Source: Candidatus Cloacimonadales bacterium (GTDB lineage Bacteria > Cloacimonadota > Cloacimonadia > Cloacimonadales > JAFGVF01). Taken from it: a stretch of DNA of 64,000 bases. Positions 20,159-29,750 of the stretch are shown in pieces. The DNA is taken from NCBI GenBank assembly GCA_963678315.1, contig OY782781.1:1472001-1536000 (forward strand), in the 5' to 3' direction. The first letter of the stretch is position 1; each line of letters begins with the position of its first letter. A program made the position numbers and the translations under genes. The notes under the pieces were generated by a model, which searched no databases, was not told the DNA's origin, and was given only the letters and a program-made list of their open reading frames with translations.

Positions 20159-21052
20159 CTATTTTCTAGAAGTCATTACCGTATCGTAAGCTTCGTTAAT
20201 CTTAACCATTTCATTATGGGCGAATTCTAGAAATTCTTCAGGTAAGCCTTTACTTTGAAGTTTATCTGGGTGGAACTTAGCCACCTTCTTTCTATAGCTC
20301 TTTTTGATAGTTGAATCATCCATGTCCGGACTACATTCAAGAATTTCATAAGCCTCACCTAGTTTACCATAAGCTTTTTGAGAGTGGCTATGTGATTCTT
20401 GCTTAGAATTAGAATCGGAGTAAGAGGAACGTCTTTGTTCGGAGTCATTATTAGAGTAAGAATTATAGCTTGATCTTTGATGATAGGACTGTTGATTTCT
20501 AGCTCTTTGAGATTTTACATGTTCTCTATATTCTGCTTCTGCCTCAGTCTCTTCTCCTAAGATTAGAATGCGTATAGCTTCATTGATTATCTCTTCTTCA
20601 TTCTTAGAAACAATACCATCTGCTATTGAAACTTCTCTCATTGAGTTAATTAGTAGCTGACAAACTTCTTTGTTGTACTCAACTATCTCACCAAACTGCC
20701 TTATGTAAGCACAAACTGGGGTTGAATCTTTGATAGCATTGTTGAATATTTTACGAGTTACGTCAGCTGTAGTCCCTTGTAATTTTAGCTTTTGGACAAT
20801 TATATTATTCACAGCATTTATTTCTTCGGTTGTAACAACATTATCAGCTTTAGCAATTTTGGCTAAGACTGTAAAGAAGCATGTATAAAAAGCAATTTGC
20901 TTTGTTTCTTGAGCATTACGTTTAAAATCTTGACCATTGGAAGCTTTTCTATCTCCAAATGTAGATCCTATCGATGCTCCTAACAAAGCACCCAAAGGTC
21001 CACCAAACAATGCACCTAATCCGCCTCCAATAAGTGTTCCAAAGAGTCCCAT
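20159..21052 (-). CDS. djlA: DjlA-like co-chaperone (TerB-like domain + C-terminal J domain)
   Basis: Gly-rich N-terminal anchor, LAKIAKAD, FHPDK J-domain motif; ATG 21052 after GAGG. Confidence 0.8.
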   Translation of the reverse strand: MGLFGTLIGGGLGALFGGPLGALLGASIGSTFGDRKASNGQDFKRNAQETKQIAFYTCFFTVLAKIAKADNVVTTEEINAVNNIIVQKLKLQGTTADVTRKIFNNAIKDSTPVCAYIRQFGEIVEYNKEVCQLLINSMREVSIADGIVSKNEEEIINEAIRILILGEETEAEAEYREHVKSQRARNQQSYHQRSSYNSYSNNDSEQRRSSYSDSNSKQESHSHSQKAYGKLGEAYEILECSPDMDDSTIKKSYRKKVAKFHPDKLQSKGLPEEFLEFAHNEMVKINEAYDTVMTSRK

Positions 21053-21154
21053 ATTTACCTCACATATAAATTTAAATAAAATAAAAAAAACAAGTTCTGC
21101 GTTGTCAATCATTTATTTAGGGATGACTTCATTCTTAAGCCATTTACAATGTTA

Positions 21155-21319
21155 AACCCAGATGATGTATTAGGTTTGACGAAAATAGTGCAGATTCTTT
21201 CCGCAAAATAGCTTACAGAATCGAAGCTTGAATAATATATATTCTAGTTGAGATTATGAAAGTTATTCTTGCCAAATAATATAGTGCTATTTTTCAAGTC
21301 CTAGTGCATTATTTGGGCT
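21155..21319 (+). mobile_element. ERIC/MITE-like long imperfect hairpin element, copy 2
   Basis: Homologous to 9968-10163; folds into a rod-like hairpin over its full length. Confidence 0.7.
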
Positions 21320-21345
21320 AAATGTTAAGAAATATTAACAAACTC

Positions 21346-21374
21346 TTGACACTAATTTTTATGAAGTCTATAAT
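21346..21374 (+). promoter_or_regulatory. Consensus sigma70 promoter
   Basis: TTGACA (21346-21351)-N17-TATAAT (21369-21374). Confidence 0.85.
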
Positions 21375-21513
21375 GACCAAGTGAAGTTATATCTTGGATT
21401 TGGGAATTATGCTAAAGTGTTTATCAAACTTAACGGGTTTAATATTGTGTATTATTTTAACTTGTCCAGTCCAAGAATTGATTAATTAATTGTTTTGGAA
21501 AAATGGAGGAGTT

Positions 21514-22140
21514 ATGGAACTCACAGTTGGAAATGTTATTAAAGAAAGTATTGCAAAAGGTTTAAAGAATTTTGCGCCACTAGCAGTTAATGTTCTATTA
21601 TGGATAGTTACTTTTTGGATTCCTTACATCAATATTGGTACAACAATTGGATTATTTGTAGGAATTATGACAAAAATAGCTAAAGACGAACCACTATCAA
21701 TGACAGAGATTTTTAATGAAAAATATCGTAAAAACTTTGGGGAATACATTATTGTATCATCATTAATGGCTATGGGTATTTATGTTGGAATGCTGTTCAT
21801 GGTAATTCCTGGTATAATTATTGCTATAGCTTGGTCACTTGCTGTTCCATTAGTTATAGATAAAGAAATAAATCCTTCTGAAGCTATATCACTCAGCAAC
21901 AAACTTACTTATGGTCACAAATGGGCTATTTTTGGAAGCCAGTTCTTACTAGGGTTAATAATCTACATAGCAATAGCTATTGTAACAGCAATAGTTTCAA
22001 TGATTTTAGGCTTCTTAGGAGCATTAGTAGGTCTAGCAGGATTTGCTCTTATGGTAAGCATAATGATTGCTGCTCAATCAGTAATATATAATTCACTTAC
22101 AGCTCATATGAATCCTAAAGAGATAGAAACAAATTTATAA
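21514..22140 (+). CDS. Integral membrane protein (DUF975-like)
   Basis: Several hydrophobic helices, PGIIIAIAWSLA, EAISLS..LTYGHKW; ATG 21514 after GGAGGA. Confidence 0.7.
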   Translation: MELTVGNVIKESIAKGLKNFAPLAVNVLLWIVTFWIPYINIGTTIGLFVGIMTKIAKDEPLSMTEIFNEKYRKNFGEYIIVSSLMAMGIYVGMLFMVIPGIIIAIAWSLAVPLVIDKEINPSEAISLSNKLTYGHKWAIFGSQFLLGLIIYIAIAIVTAIVSMILGFLGALVGLAGFALMVSIMIAAQSVIYNSLTAHMNPKEIETNL

Positions 22141-22167
22141 TTAATCTGTTTAGAAGTACAATATAAT

Positions 22168-22198
22168 GAGAGTGTATAAATAAATGCACTCTCTTTTT
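22168..22198 (+). terminator. Rho-independent terminator
   Basis: GAGAGTGTAT/ATGCACTCTC stem followed by TTTTT. Confidence 0.75.
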
Positions 22199-22255
22199 CT
22201 ATTGACTAGTTTCGTAAATATAATCATCTTAGAAAAAAACCATTAAGGAAAGGCT

Positions 22256-23422
22256 ATGCAATATAGAAAACTAAGAAATACCAAAGAAGAAGTATCTGTT
22301 TTAGGTTTTGGAGCAATGAGACTACCGATAATTGACAAAGATTCAAGTAACATTAATGAAGCACTTGCTACTGAGATGATTAGATTTGCTATTGATAATG
22401 GGGTAAACTATGTTGATACAGCTTGGCCCTATCATGGTTCAGGAATGGGTGCTCCAGGTATGAGTGAACCTTTTATTGGGAAAGTTCTTCAAGATGGTTA
22501 TAGAGAAAAAGTACTTCTAGCTACTAAGCTTCCAACTTGGTTAGTTGATTCACGTGAGAAAATGGATGAACTTCTTGACCAACAACTTAAAAGACTACAA
22601 ACAGACTATATTGACTTCTATTTAGTTCATACCTTAAATAAAAGGTCTTGGCCTAAAGTAAAAGAATTAGGTATAATAGATTTTCTTGAAAAAGCTAAAC
22701 AAGCTGGCAAAATAAAGCATATAGGTTTCTCTTTTCATGATGATTTACCTACTTTCAAAACTATTGTCGATGAATATGATTGGGAGTTTTGTCAGATACA
22801 GTATAACTATTTGGATGTGAAATACCAAGCTGGTTTTGATGGAATGAAATACGCCTATAACAAAGGTCTTGATGTTATTATTATGGAACCATTAAGAGGT
22901 GGCTCTTTGATTAACAATCTAGCTCCAGAGATAGAAGAGTTATATGCTAATGTTAAGGAAAAGAAGTCTCCTGCTGAATGGGCATTAAGATGGCTGTGGA
23001 ATCAGGAAGAAGTAGCTTTGCTTCTTTCTGGCATGTCTACTATGGAACAGGTAAAAGAAAATATTGAAATAGCTGATAGAGGAGAGATAGATTCTTTTAC
23101 TGATGAGGAGAATAAGGTAATGGAAGAGGTGCAAGAAATATTTATGTCCAAGCTCAAAGTAAATTGCACTAAGTGTAGGTATTGTATGCCATGTCCGCAA
23201 GGAGTAAACATTCCTGAGATATTCACGATATATAATAATGGATATCTGTCTGATAATATTAAACAAGCTCAGTTTATGTATAATATGGGTTTCTCGGCTA
23301 ATGAGAAGGCTTCTGCTTGTGTTGCTTGCGGTAAGTGTGAGAGTCATTGTCCGCAGGGAATTGATATTATAAATAAGCTAAAGATAATCAAAGAAGAGTT
23401 TGAACAAGAAGTGCAAAACTAA
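22256..23422 (+). CDS. Aldo/keto reductase with C-terminal 4Fe-4S dicluster domain
   Basis: LGFGAMRLP, DTAWPY, ATKLP, CTKCRYCMPCP, CVACGKCESHCP. Confidence 0.93.
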   Translation: MQYRKLRNTKEEVSVLGFGAMRLPIIDKDSSNINEALATEMIRFAIDNGVNYVDTAWPYHGSGMGAPGMSEPFIGKVLQDGYREKVLLATKLPTWLVDSREKMDELLDQQLKRLQTDYIDFYLVHTLNKRSWPKVKELGIIDFLEKAKQAGKIKHIGFSFHDDLPTFKTIVDEYDWEFCQIQYNYLDVKYQAGFDGMKYAYNKGLDVIIMEPLRGGSLINNLAPEIEELYANVKEKKSPAEWALRWLWNQEEVALLLSGMSTMEQVKENIEIADRGEIDSFTDEENKVMEEVQEIFMSKLKVNCTKCRYCMPCPQGVNIPEIFTIYNNGYLSDNIKQAQFMYNMGFSANEKASACVACGKCESHCPQGIDIINKLKIIKEEFEQEVQN

Positions 23423-23459
23423 GAATCGCAGGGTATAGTAAGAATTATTAAGGAGAAGC

Positions 23460-25142
23460 ATGAGTTGGATTTTTGGGACGATAAGCAAGAAGCAAGAAGA
23501 TAAACATAAAGTAGAGCATATCATTCAGAGAAGCGATTTGCTTCTTAAAGCAGAAAGTAGAAACAGCATTATCCTGGCAGGTGGTAATTCCAGCACTTGT
23601 AGAATTATAAGAAAATCTAATTTAAAAGTTATTGTAATAGGAATGCCTTTCTTGGATAAAGGTCTGTTACCAGCAATAGATAGTGAATTACTAGATATAG
23701 CTTTAAATCGACAATATAAGAAGCTTACAGGAGCTTATATATTGGTTGTCTGTAATGGTAAGATGCTTGAAATCTATACGGATAATATGAATCTTAGGAA
23801 AGTTTATATTTATGAAGATAATCAGACAATATGCTTCTCTACAAATAAGTTCTGGATTAAAAAATGTTTAGGATTATCCATAGACTTAGAATCGTTAGGT
23901 ATCTATTGGAAGACTGGAATCTGCAATGGTAAAAGTTTTGTAGAAGATGTCTCAACAGTATCGGGTGGCAATTCTATCTCAATTACTAATTCTGTTGTAA
24001 TAAAAAAGGATTCAATTAAAATAAGACCAGATAAATGTAGTCTAGCTCAGCTCGAAAACAAACTTGTAAGACAGTTAAAGAGTCTAGATAACATTAGTTT
24101 AGGTTTGTCTGGAGGGATGGATTCAAGGACTATCCTTGCACTTCTTTTGAAAGAGAAAATAGATTTTACAGCACACACTTTTGGTGAGAAGACTAACTAT
24201 GATGTGCAAATTGCTAAAGAGCTTGGACGGAAGTTTGGCTTTAAAGTAAAGCATTATAGTCCTGATATTCTTAGTGATAAGTCTGACATAATTAATAGGG
24301 TAGAGGACTTCATAGAAGAGACTGAAGGAACTATTCCCTTGGTCTCAATGCCACTGAAAGAATACTTTACTGAATTGAATAAACAGGGAAAGATCATGAT
24401 AGATGGTGGCTTTATTACTAATCTAAGAAGATACTCCTATAATAAATCAATCCTTAAGCTTAGAAGTGAGATTCTTAATAATGATGCTCAAGCTTTGTTT
24501 AATGTTTTTAAGACTAATAAGGCTGATATATTCACTAAAGACTATAATGACTTATTCTACAACAAATCTATTGAGCAACTTCAAAATATACTCAAAGAAA
24601 ATCCATTTACAGATAGTAAATCTATTGGTGATAAGCTTGATTTAATCAAGATGAAACACCTTTATCAATATTTCTATTCTCCAGGGCAAGCATATTACGA
24701 TAACTATCTGCCAAATATAATGCTGGGAGCTCATAATGAAATACTTAGCAATATGATGTCATTCAGTGTAGATGAAAGAAAGAACTCTAGATTGAACTAT
24801 AAAATCATAAATTCTGCATCTAAGGACTTGAATAAAATCCCTTATGTAAGGTATAATAGTCTCATGAAAACCCCTAGAAATATATATGTAGCTTACTTAA
24901 AAGGAAGAATAAACTCTAAACTTGGTAAAGTATATATTAGGAAGGATATACATCAACTTTTTAATAAGCTGAAGCCATGGATTTATGATAATCTGCCACT
25001 TGTCTATAGACAGTTTCCCGATTTATTAGCTCGAGATGAAGTGGAAATAGCAATGTTACAATACTATAAGAATGGGGACTTGAGTCAGGTCAATAGAATT
25101 AACTCTATTGCTCAAATCGTAGGAGTGTTAAAAAAATATTGA
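23460..25142 (+). CDS. Asparagine synthase-related protein
   Basis: GLSGGMDSR PP-loop, TFG...DVQIA..LG; degenerate N-terminal amidotransferase-like domain. Confidence 0.75.
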   Translation: MSWIFGTISKKQEDKHKVEHIIQRSDLLLKAESRNSIILAGGNSSTCRIIRKSNLKVIVIGMPFLDKGLLPAIDSELLDIALNRQYKKLTGAYILVVCNGKMLEIYTDNMNLRKVYIYEDNQTICFSTNKFWIKKCLGLSIDLESLGIYWKTGICNGKSFVEDVSTVSGGNSISITNSVVIKKDSIKIRPDKCSLAQLENKLVRQLKSLDNISLGLSGGMDSRTILALLLKEKIDFTAHTFGEKTNYDVQIAKELGRKFGFKVKHYSPDILSDKSDIINRVEDFIEETEGTIPLVSMPLKEYFTELNKQGKIMIDGGFITNLRRYSYNKSILKLRSEILNNDAQALFNVFKTNKADIFTKDYNDLFYNKSIEQLQNILKENPFTDSKSIGDKLDLIKMKHLYQYFYSPGQAYYDNYLPNIMLGAHNEILSNMMSFSVDERKNSRLNYKIINSASKDLNKIPYVRYNSLMKTPRNIYVAYLKGRINSKLGKVYIRKDIHQLFNKLKPWIYDNLPLVYRQFPDLLARDEVEIAMLQYYKNGDLSQVNRINSIAQIVGVLKKY

Positions 25143-25225
25143 CATATAATATTTATAATGATAACTTATCCAATGAGTTCACGTTATTTCATTATTCTTA
25201 ACAATGAATACAAAAGGAGTAAGTT

Positions 25226-25612
25226 ATGAAAAAAATTATGTTTTTAATGGTGGTTTTAGTTTTATTGGTTGGATGTTCAGCTATGCAAAAGAAAGTTACC
25301 TTCCCAGCTTCAGATGATATCTTCGTTACTACTGGAGATGGTAATATTCAAAAACCGTATACACCAATTGGTCAGTTATTTTATTGGGATCAAGGATTTA
25401 GAATTCCTGCTCCAATACTTGGTTTAATCCCATTTAAAGATGTTGACGCTGATGTTGCACTCAAGCAAGCAATTTACAAAGAAGTACGTAGAATGGGTGG
25501 TGATGGTATAATTAATATGAGTATTAGTTGGGAACCATCTTCTCCTGGAATCTTAGGATTTATGGCAGATGGTGGTTCAGTAGCAGTATATGGTACCGTT
25601 ATAAAAAGATAG
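25226..25612 (+). CDS. Small lipoprotein (YbjQ/heavy-metal-binding-like fold)
   Basis: Lipobox LVGC; PYTPIG, MGGDGIINM, VYGTVIK. Confidence 0.65.
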   Translation: MKKIMFLMVVLVLLVGCSAMQKKVTFPASDDIFVTTGDGNIQKPYTPIGQLFYWDQGFRIPAPILGLIPFKDVDADVALKQAIYKEVRRMGGDGIINMSISWEPSSPGILGFMADGGSVAVYGTVIKR

Positions 25613-25759
25613 CCAAGAAATATTTCATTCATCGTGATATAATAACTTATCACACATAATAATATGTTTGGAAAATTATCGTGAACTCATTTTTCTTGTA
25701 CTATATGAGTGGTTAAACCATTCATATTATTAGCAATCATCAAGATAAAAGGATTATAT

Positions 25760-26572
25760 ATGTGTAAAAAAAACTATCTAGTAATCTTTCTTATAGTAGT
25801 AACTTTTTTTCTTTATTCTGAAACTAGTCAGCAATGTGAAAATAGATTAAAAAAAGAGATAAGCGTGAATGAAGTTGACAGGGAGATAATGTTTACTACT
25901 AGTGATTCTCGGGAGTTTCAAGAAAATAAGATTGATACATCAATTTTGTTAACTAAACTTAAAGATGGAAATGGTGGCAAAAGTAAATCTATTTTGAAAT
26001 TGGAACCTATAACTGTTAACTTGAACTTTTGCTATTTTGGTTTTTACAAAACAAGTTCTGGAACCTGGGTAGGGAAATCTAATATTGATGTTACAATAAT
26101 AGATCCTTATAATACTTCATTCAATGAAGAGAAAACAATATCTACTGAAATTGTTTTTAAAAAGAAATGGAGATTGAAATCTTCATTACGTAATCAATGG
26201 TCATCAGAGCTTATAGACAAAGTTAATGAAGATGTAGTTAAGTATTTGGAAAACTATTTAAAAAGTTCTCAGAACAACTATAAAACAGTTTCTTCTTATG
26301 GTAAATCAATCATTGTTGATGATAATGATAAAAAATATAAACTAGCAGTCTTAGATGCATTAAATCAAGCATGTATTTTGGCTTGGGGAATGCAGATTGA
26401 GTCGACAACTACAATGATTGATTTAGCAGATATTGAAGAAATAACTAAAAGTACTTCAAAGGGATTGGTGTTAAATTATAAAGTAGTTGAGGATTTAACT
26501 ACTGAAACAGAAGAAGGTGATTTTTATATATTTTTACACTCAATAATTTTGAATCCAGCAAGAAATAAGTAG
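25760..26572 (+). CDS. Exported hypothetical protein
   Basis: ATG 25760 with signal-like hydrophobic stretch; C-terminal LAVLDAL..A segment resembles LPP20/FlgT-N domains. Confidence 0.55.
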   Translation: MCKKNYLVIFLIVVTFFLYSETSQQCENRLKKEISVNEVDREIMFTTSDSREFQENKIDTSILLTKLKDGNGGKSKSILKLEPITVNLNFCYFGFYKTSSGTWVGKSNIDVTIIDPYNTSFNEEKTISTEIVFKKKWRLKSSLRNQWSSELIDKVNEDVVKYLENYLKSSQNNYKTVSSYGKSIIVDDNDKKYKLAVLDALNQACILAWGMQIESTTTMIDLADIEEITKSTSKGLVLNYKVVEDLTTETEEGDFYIFLHSIILNPARNK

Positions 26573-26577
26573 GAACC

Positions 26578-27060
26578 ATGAAAAATATTATTTGGATATT
26601 TATAGCAATAGTTATATCTTGCAATAATGTTAAACAAACTAGAACAGTTATTAAGGAAGATAGTAATAGTAAACAGATTATAGAAGAAAAATTAATCAAT
26701 AACGAAGTTGTAGAAAACTGTAAAAAAATATGGGAATATGAATATATTGAAGCTATTGGACAGATACCTGTACTAAAAAAATATGATGATGATGTAAGAA
26801 ATATTGCATTAGCTAGAAGAGGTGCTATTTTAGATGCTCAAAGAGAAATCGCAAGAAAAATCACATCTACATCTATTACTGAAACTGTAGTTTTATCTGA
26901 CCTTGAGAGTTCAGATTATGTTCAATCATATTTAAACACAAAGATCCAAAATTTAGAGATAGTAGATGAATTTTACGATGAAGATAAAAGAACTTATCGA
27001 GTTAAAGTTCGTATGCCAAAAGAATCCTTAATAATAATACTAGAACAGTATATTGACTAA
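26578..27060 (+). CDS. LPP20/FlgP-like lipoprotein
   Basis: Lipobox VISC; IEAIG..LARRGAILDAQREIA..YRVKV. Confidence 0.65.
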   Translation: MKNIIWIFIAIVISCNNVKQTRTVIKEDSNSKQIIEEKLINNEVVENCKKIWEYEYIEAIGQIPVLKKYDDDVRNIALARRGAILDAQREIARKITSTSITETVVLSDLESSDYVQSYLNTKIQNLEIVDEFYDEDKRTYRVKVRMPKESLIIILEQYID

Positions 27061-27140
27061 TATGTTTTGAAGATTTTCAGATTTAAATTGATATACTAAA
27101 TATATAATTATTGATCTAATATAACTAAGTTGAGGACTTT

Positions 27141-27539
27141 ATGCTAGGTCAATTACATCATATCGAGATTTATGTAAAAGATTTAGAAGTAACAGTAGAA
27201 TTTTGGGGTTGGCTCTTAAACAAACTTGGTTATCAAGTATATCAAGAATGGGAACAAGGTATATCTTATATTCTTGGAGATAGTTATATAGTCTTTGTTC
27301 AAGTTGAAGACAAGTATTTGGATATTCCTTATCATAGGTGTAGAGCCGGACTTAATCATCTAGCTTTTCATGGAGGAACTAGGGCTGACATTGATACAAT
27401 TACCAATGAGTTGAGAGCAAGAAAAATCAACATACTTTATGAAGATAGACATCCTTTTGCTGGTGGGGAAGGCTACTATGCTGTCTATTTTGAAGATCCA
27501 GATAGAATGAAAGTTGAAATTGTAGCAAAAGATTTCTAG
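27141..27539 (+). CDS. VOC/glyoxalase family protein
   Basis: LHHIEIYV, GLNHLAF, YFEDPDRMKVE. Confidence 0.92.
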   Translation: MLGQLHHIEIYVKDLEVTVEFWGWLLNKLGYQVYQEWEQGISYILGDSYIVFVQVEDKYLDIPYHRCRAGLNHLAFHGGTRADIDTITNELRARKINILYEDRHPFAGGEGYYAVYFEDPDRMKVEIVAKDF

Positions 27540-27580
27540 GAATTTATTGACATAATTGTGATTAAGCTAATTTTGCAAGC

Positions 27581-27625
27581 ATGAAAAAAAGAAGATTATG
27601 TTTTTGTTGGTGGCGAGGAAATTAG
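27581..27625 (+). CDS. Possible 14-aa leader peptide MKKRRLCFCWWRGN
   Basis: Short ORF just downstream of TTGACA (27547-27552) and upstream of a sulfur-handling operon. Confidence 0.25.
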   Translation: MKKRRLCFCWWRGN

Positions 27626-27700
27626 TTTATCCATGAAAATGACTACACTTTTCTTATAAATAAGTAAAAGAAAAGATATATAAATTTTCTAGGAGGAATA

Positions 27701-28093
27701 ATGGAAAAATTAAATAAAGTTGTTGCAAGCATGGATTTTGATTTCATGTCATCAGGAGTTAATAAGGTAAGTGCTGGAAACTTTTTACAAGAGAGAGATT
27801 CTCTTTTTGTTGATATTAGATGTAGAGAAGAAGTTGAAACTATTTCTCTAAATTTAAAGCATCATTTAGAAGCTGTAAATATTCCTTTCAATGAATTTCC
27901 AGAAAGAATAAATGAACTTCCAAAGGATAGAAGAATAGGTCTCTTTTGTTCAGGTGGAGTTAGAATAGCTATGGCTTATCTATATCTTAGAACAGCAGGT
28001 TATGATAATGTAGTTATGGTTTCAGGTGGTTTAGAAGCTATTGTTCCAGAGTTAAAACCTGGTAAAGTAATGAACGCTATAAAATCTAAGTAA
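27701..28093 (+). CDS. Rhodanese-like domain protein
   Basis: VDIR..EE, active-site loop FCSGGVR, GY.NV..V.GGL. Confidence 0.88.
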   Translation: MEKLNKVVASMDFDFMSSGVNKVSAGNFLQERDSLFVDIRCREEVETISLNLKHHLEAVNIPFNEFPERINELPKDRRIGLFCSGGVRIAMAYLYLRTAGYDNVVMVSGGLEAIVPELKPGKVMNAIKSK

Positions 28094-28097
28094 AGCT

Positions 28098-28886
28098 ATG
28101 AATATCGCTATCTTAACTGCAATAGTATTTGTTATTGCAGTAGTCATGACAATGACTGGTCGAGGTGGTGGTAACTTCTATGTGCTAGCTTTAGTTCTTG
28201 CTGGTCAAGCTATGCATCAGGCTGCAACATTGGGCCAATTTATTCTAATGATTACAGCCTTAGCAGGTATGATTATTTTTCATAAGAACAAGTTAGTAGA
28301 TTGGAAGTTAGCTTTAGTAATAGACCCTCCAACAGATATTATGGCCTTTTTTGGGGGATATTTATCGGAATATGTGAGTGGACCTAATCTTAAGATTATA
28401 TTCTCGGTTTTATTGGTAATAGCAGGTTTGTTAATGCTAGTAAAAGTTAATGATAAACCAATTACTAAAGAAAAAAGATTTGGTTATTGGCATAGATCTT
28501 ATAATGGCCACTCTTATGTTGTAAATTTGTGGTTAGCTATCCCAGTTACAGCTCTTGTTGGACTTGCTTCCGGAGCACTAGGCATATCAGGTGGCTCTTT
28601 CAAGGTACCTTTGATGGTTCTCTTCTGTGGTGTACCTATGTCTATTGCTGTTGGAACTTCTTCTGCTATGGTGGCAGCTACAGCTTTGATGGGCTTTATT
28701 GGCCATGCTTCCAAAGGACATTTCGATCCATCTTTAGCTATTCCAGTAGCTATTGCTGCTGTTATAGGTGGAGTAATTGGTGGTAAATTTGCCTTAAAAA
28801 CAAAGCCAAAGAACCTTAAAAAGATATTTGCAGTGACTACTATTTTAGCCGCAGGTTTTATGTTAGTTAATGCATTTAATAGTTAA
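28098..28886 (+). CDS. Sulfite exporter TauE/SafE family membrane protein
   Basis: GRGGG, SGALGISGG..VP, AVGTS; about eight hydrophobic helices. Confidence 0.92.
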   Translation: MNIAILTAIVFVIAVVMTMTGRGGGNFYVLALVLAGQAMHQAATLGQFILMITALAGMIIFHKNKLVDWKLALVIDPPTDIMAFFGGYLSEYVSGPNLKIIFSVLLVIAGLLMLVKVNDKPITKEKRFGYWHRSYNGHSYVVNLWLAIPVTALVGLASGALGISGGSFKVPLMVLFCGVPMSIAVGTSSAMVAATALMGFIGHASKGHFDPSLAIPVAIAAVIGGVIGGKFALKTKPKNLKKIFAVTTILAAGFMLVNAFNS

Positions 28887-28893
28887 TAAAAAG

Positions 28894-29177
28894 ATAGAGT
28901 GTTGAATTTCAGCACTCTATAGTCTTTTGATAAATGGCTTATTGTTGAAGATTCCTTGCTGGTAAAGATGATTATTTTGTATTTTGAGATTTGACATATC
29001 TTAGTTAAATCCTTGACTCTTGAAGTATTATAATCAGTCTTTGCCTGACACAGTACTTTTCTGCGGTCAACGATTCAACTAAGCTATTGCCGATTTGTTT
29101 TTGTAAAAACAAAGCAAAAACAAAGAGCCTTGACTTGTCAAGACTCTCTCAAGAGTGTTGATTTCCAGCACTCTATC
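28894..29177. terminator. Two related hairpins (28894-28920, 29152-29177) after convergent stops, plus a hairpin at 29123-29147
   Basis: ATAGAGTGTTGA-att-TCAGCACTCTAT and AGAGTGTTGA-ttt-CCAGCACTCT. Confidence 0.55.
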
Positions 29178-29196
29178 TTTAACAATTTAAGCAAGC

Positions 29197-29616
29197 TTAT
29201 TTAATTTTGATTCCTTTTGCTTTTACAGTAACTTTAGTAGTTCTCATTAAAATTGGAATACCACTTTTTTCTATATGGAATTTAGGGCAGATTACTGCAT
29301 CAACATCTTCATTACTTGCGATTGCATTAAAAATAGCTCTTTCTTTTGCAACATTGAAAGTGATGTTTGGTAACATTCCAAGAACAGGGTTTTCAATTGC
29401 TCCTGAATCATTTGAACCATTTATTGGGAAACCTAAGAATGTTGTAACTTCTGCTGTTCCAGTGATATTCCCAACCACGTCATACTGACTCTGTTGTAAT
29501 GGTGCTAAACTAATGTCGTTAACTCCAATACTTGCTATTGAATTAGAACGTGAACTACATCCTGTTAATACTAGTAGGACTAAGCCCAAAATAATTAATA
29601 AACGTGTTTTCTTCAT
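29197..29616 (-). CDS. Small lipoprotein of unknown function
   Basis: ATG 29616 after AAGGAG; lipobox LTGC; ends V.V.AKGIKIK. Confidence 0.75.
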   Translation of the reverse strand: MKKTRLLIILGLVLLVLTGCSSRSNSIASIGVNDISLAPLQQSQYDVVGNITGTAEVTTFLGFPINGSNDSGAIENPVLGMLPNITFNVAKERAIFNAIASNEDVDAVICPKFHIEKSGIPILMRTTKVTVKAKGIKIK

Positions 29617-29715
29617 GAAAAAACTCCTTTCTAAATAGTATATGTCATACTTTTTTCCTGAAATAATAACAGTCAATAAAAAATAATCACTACTCACTGC
29701 CTTCTTTCCCTTACC

Positions 29716-29750
29716 CCTCCTGCATTAAATTACCTTTTAATGCAGGATGG
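29716..29750. repeat. REP-like palindrome, copy 2
   Basis: CCTCCTGCATTAAA-ttacct-TTTAATGCAGGATGG, related to 5053-5096. Confidence 0.65.

Noticed and set aside
28921..29150. Riboswitch or ncRNA between the convergent genes
   Set aside because: No recognisable aptamer motif or promoter; only hairpins and a 26-codon - strand ORF without RBS
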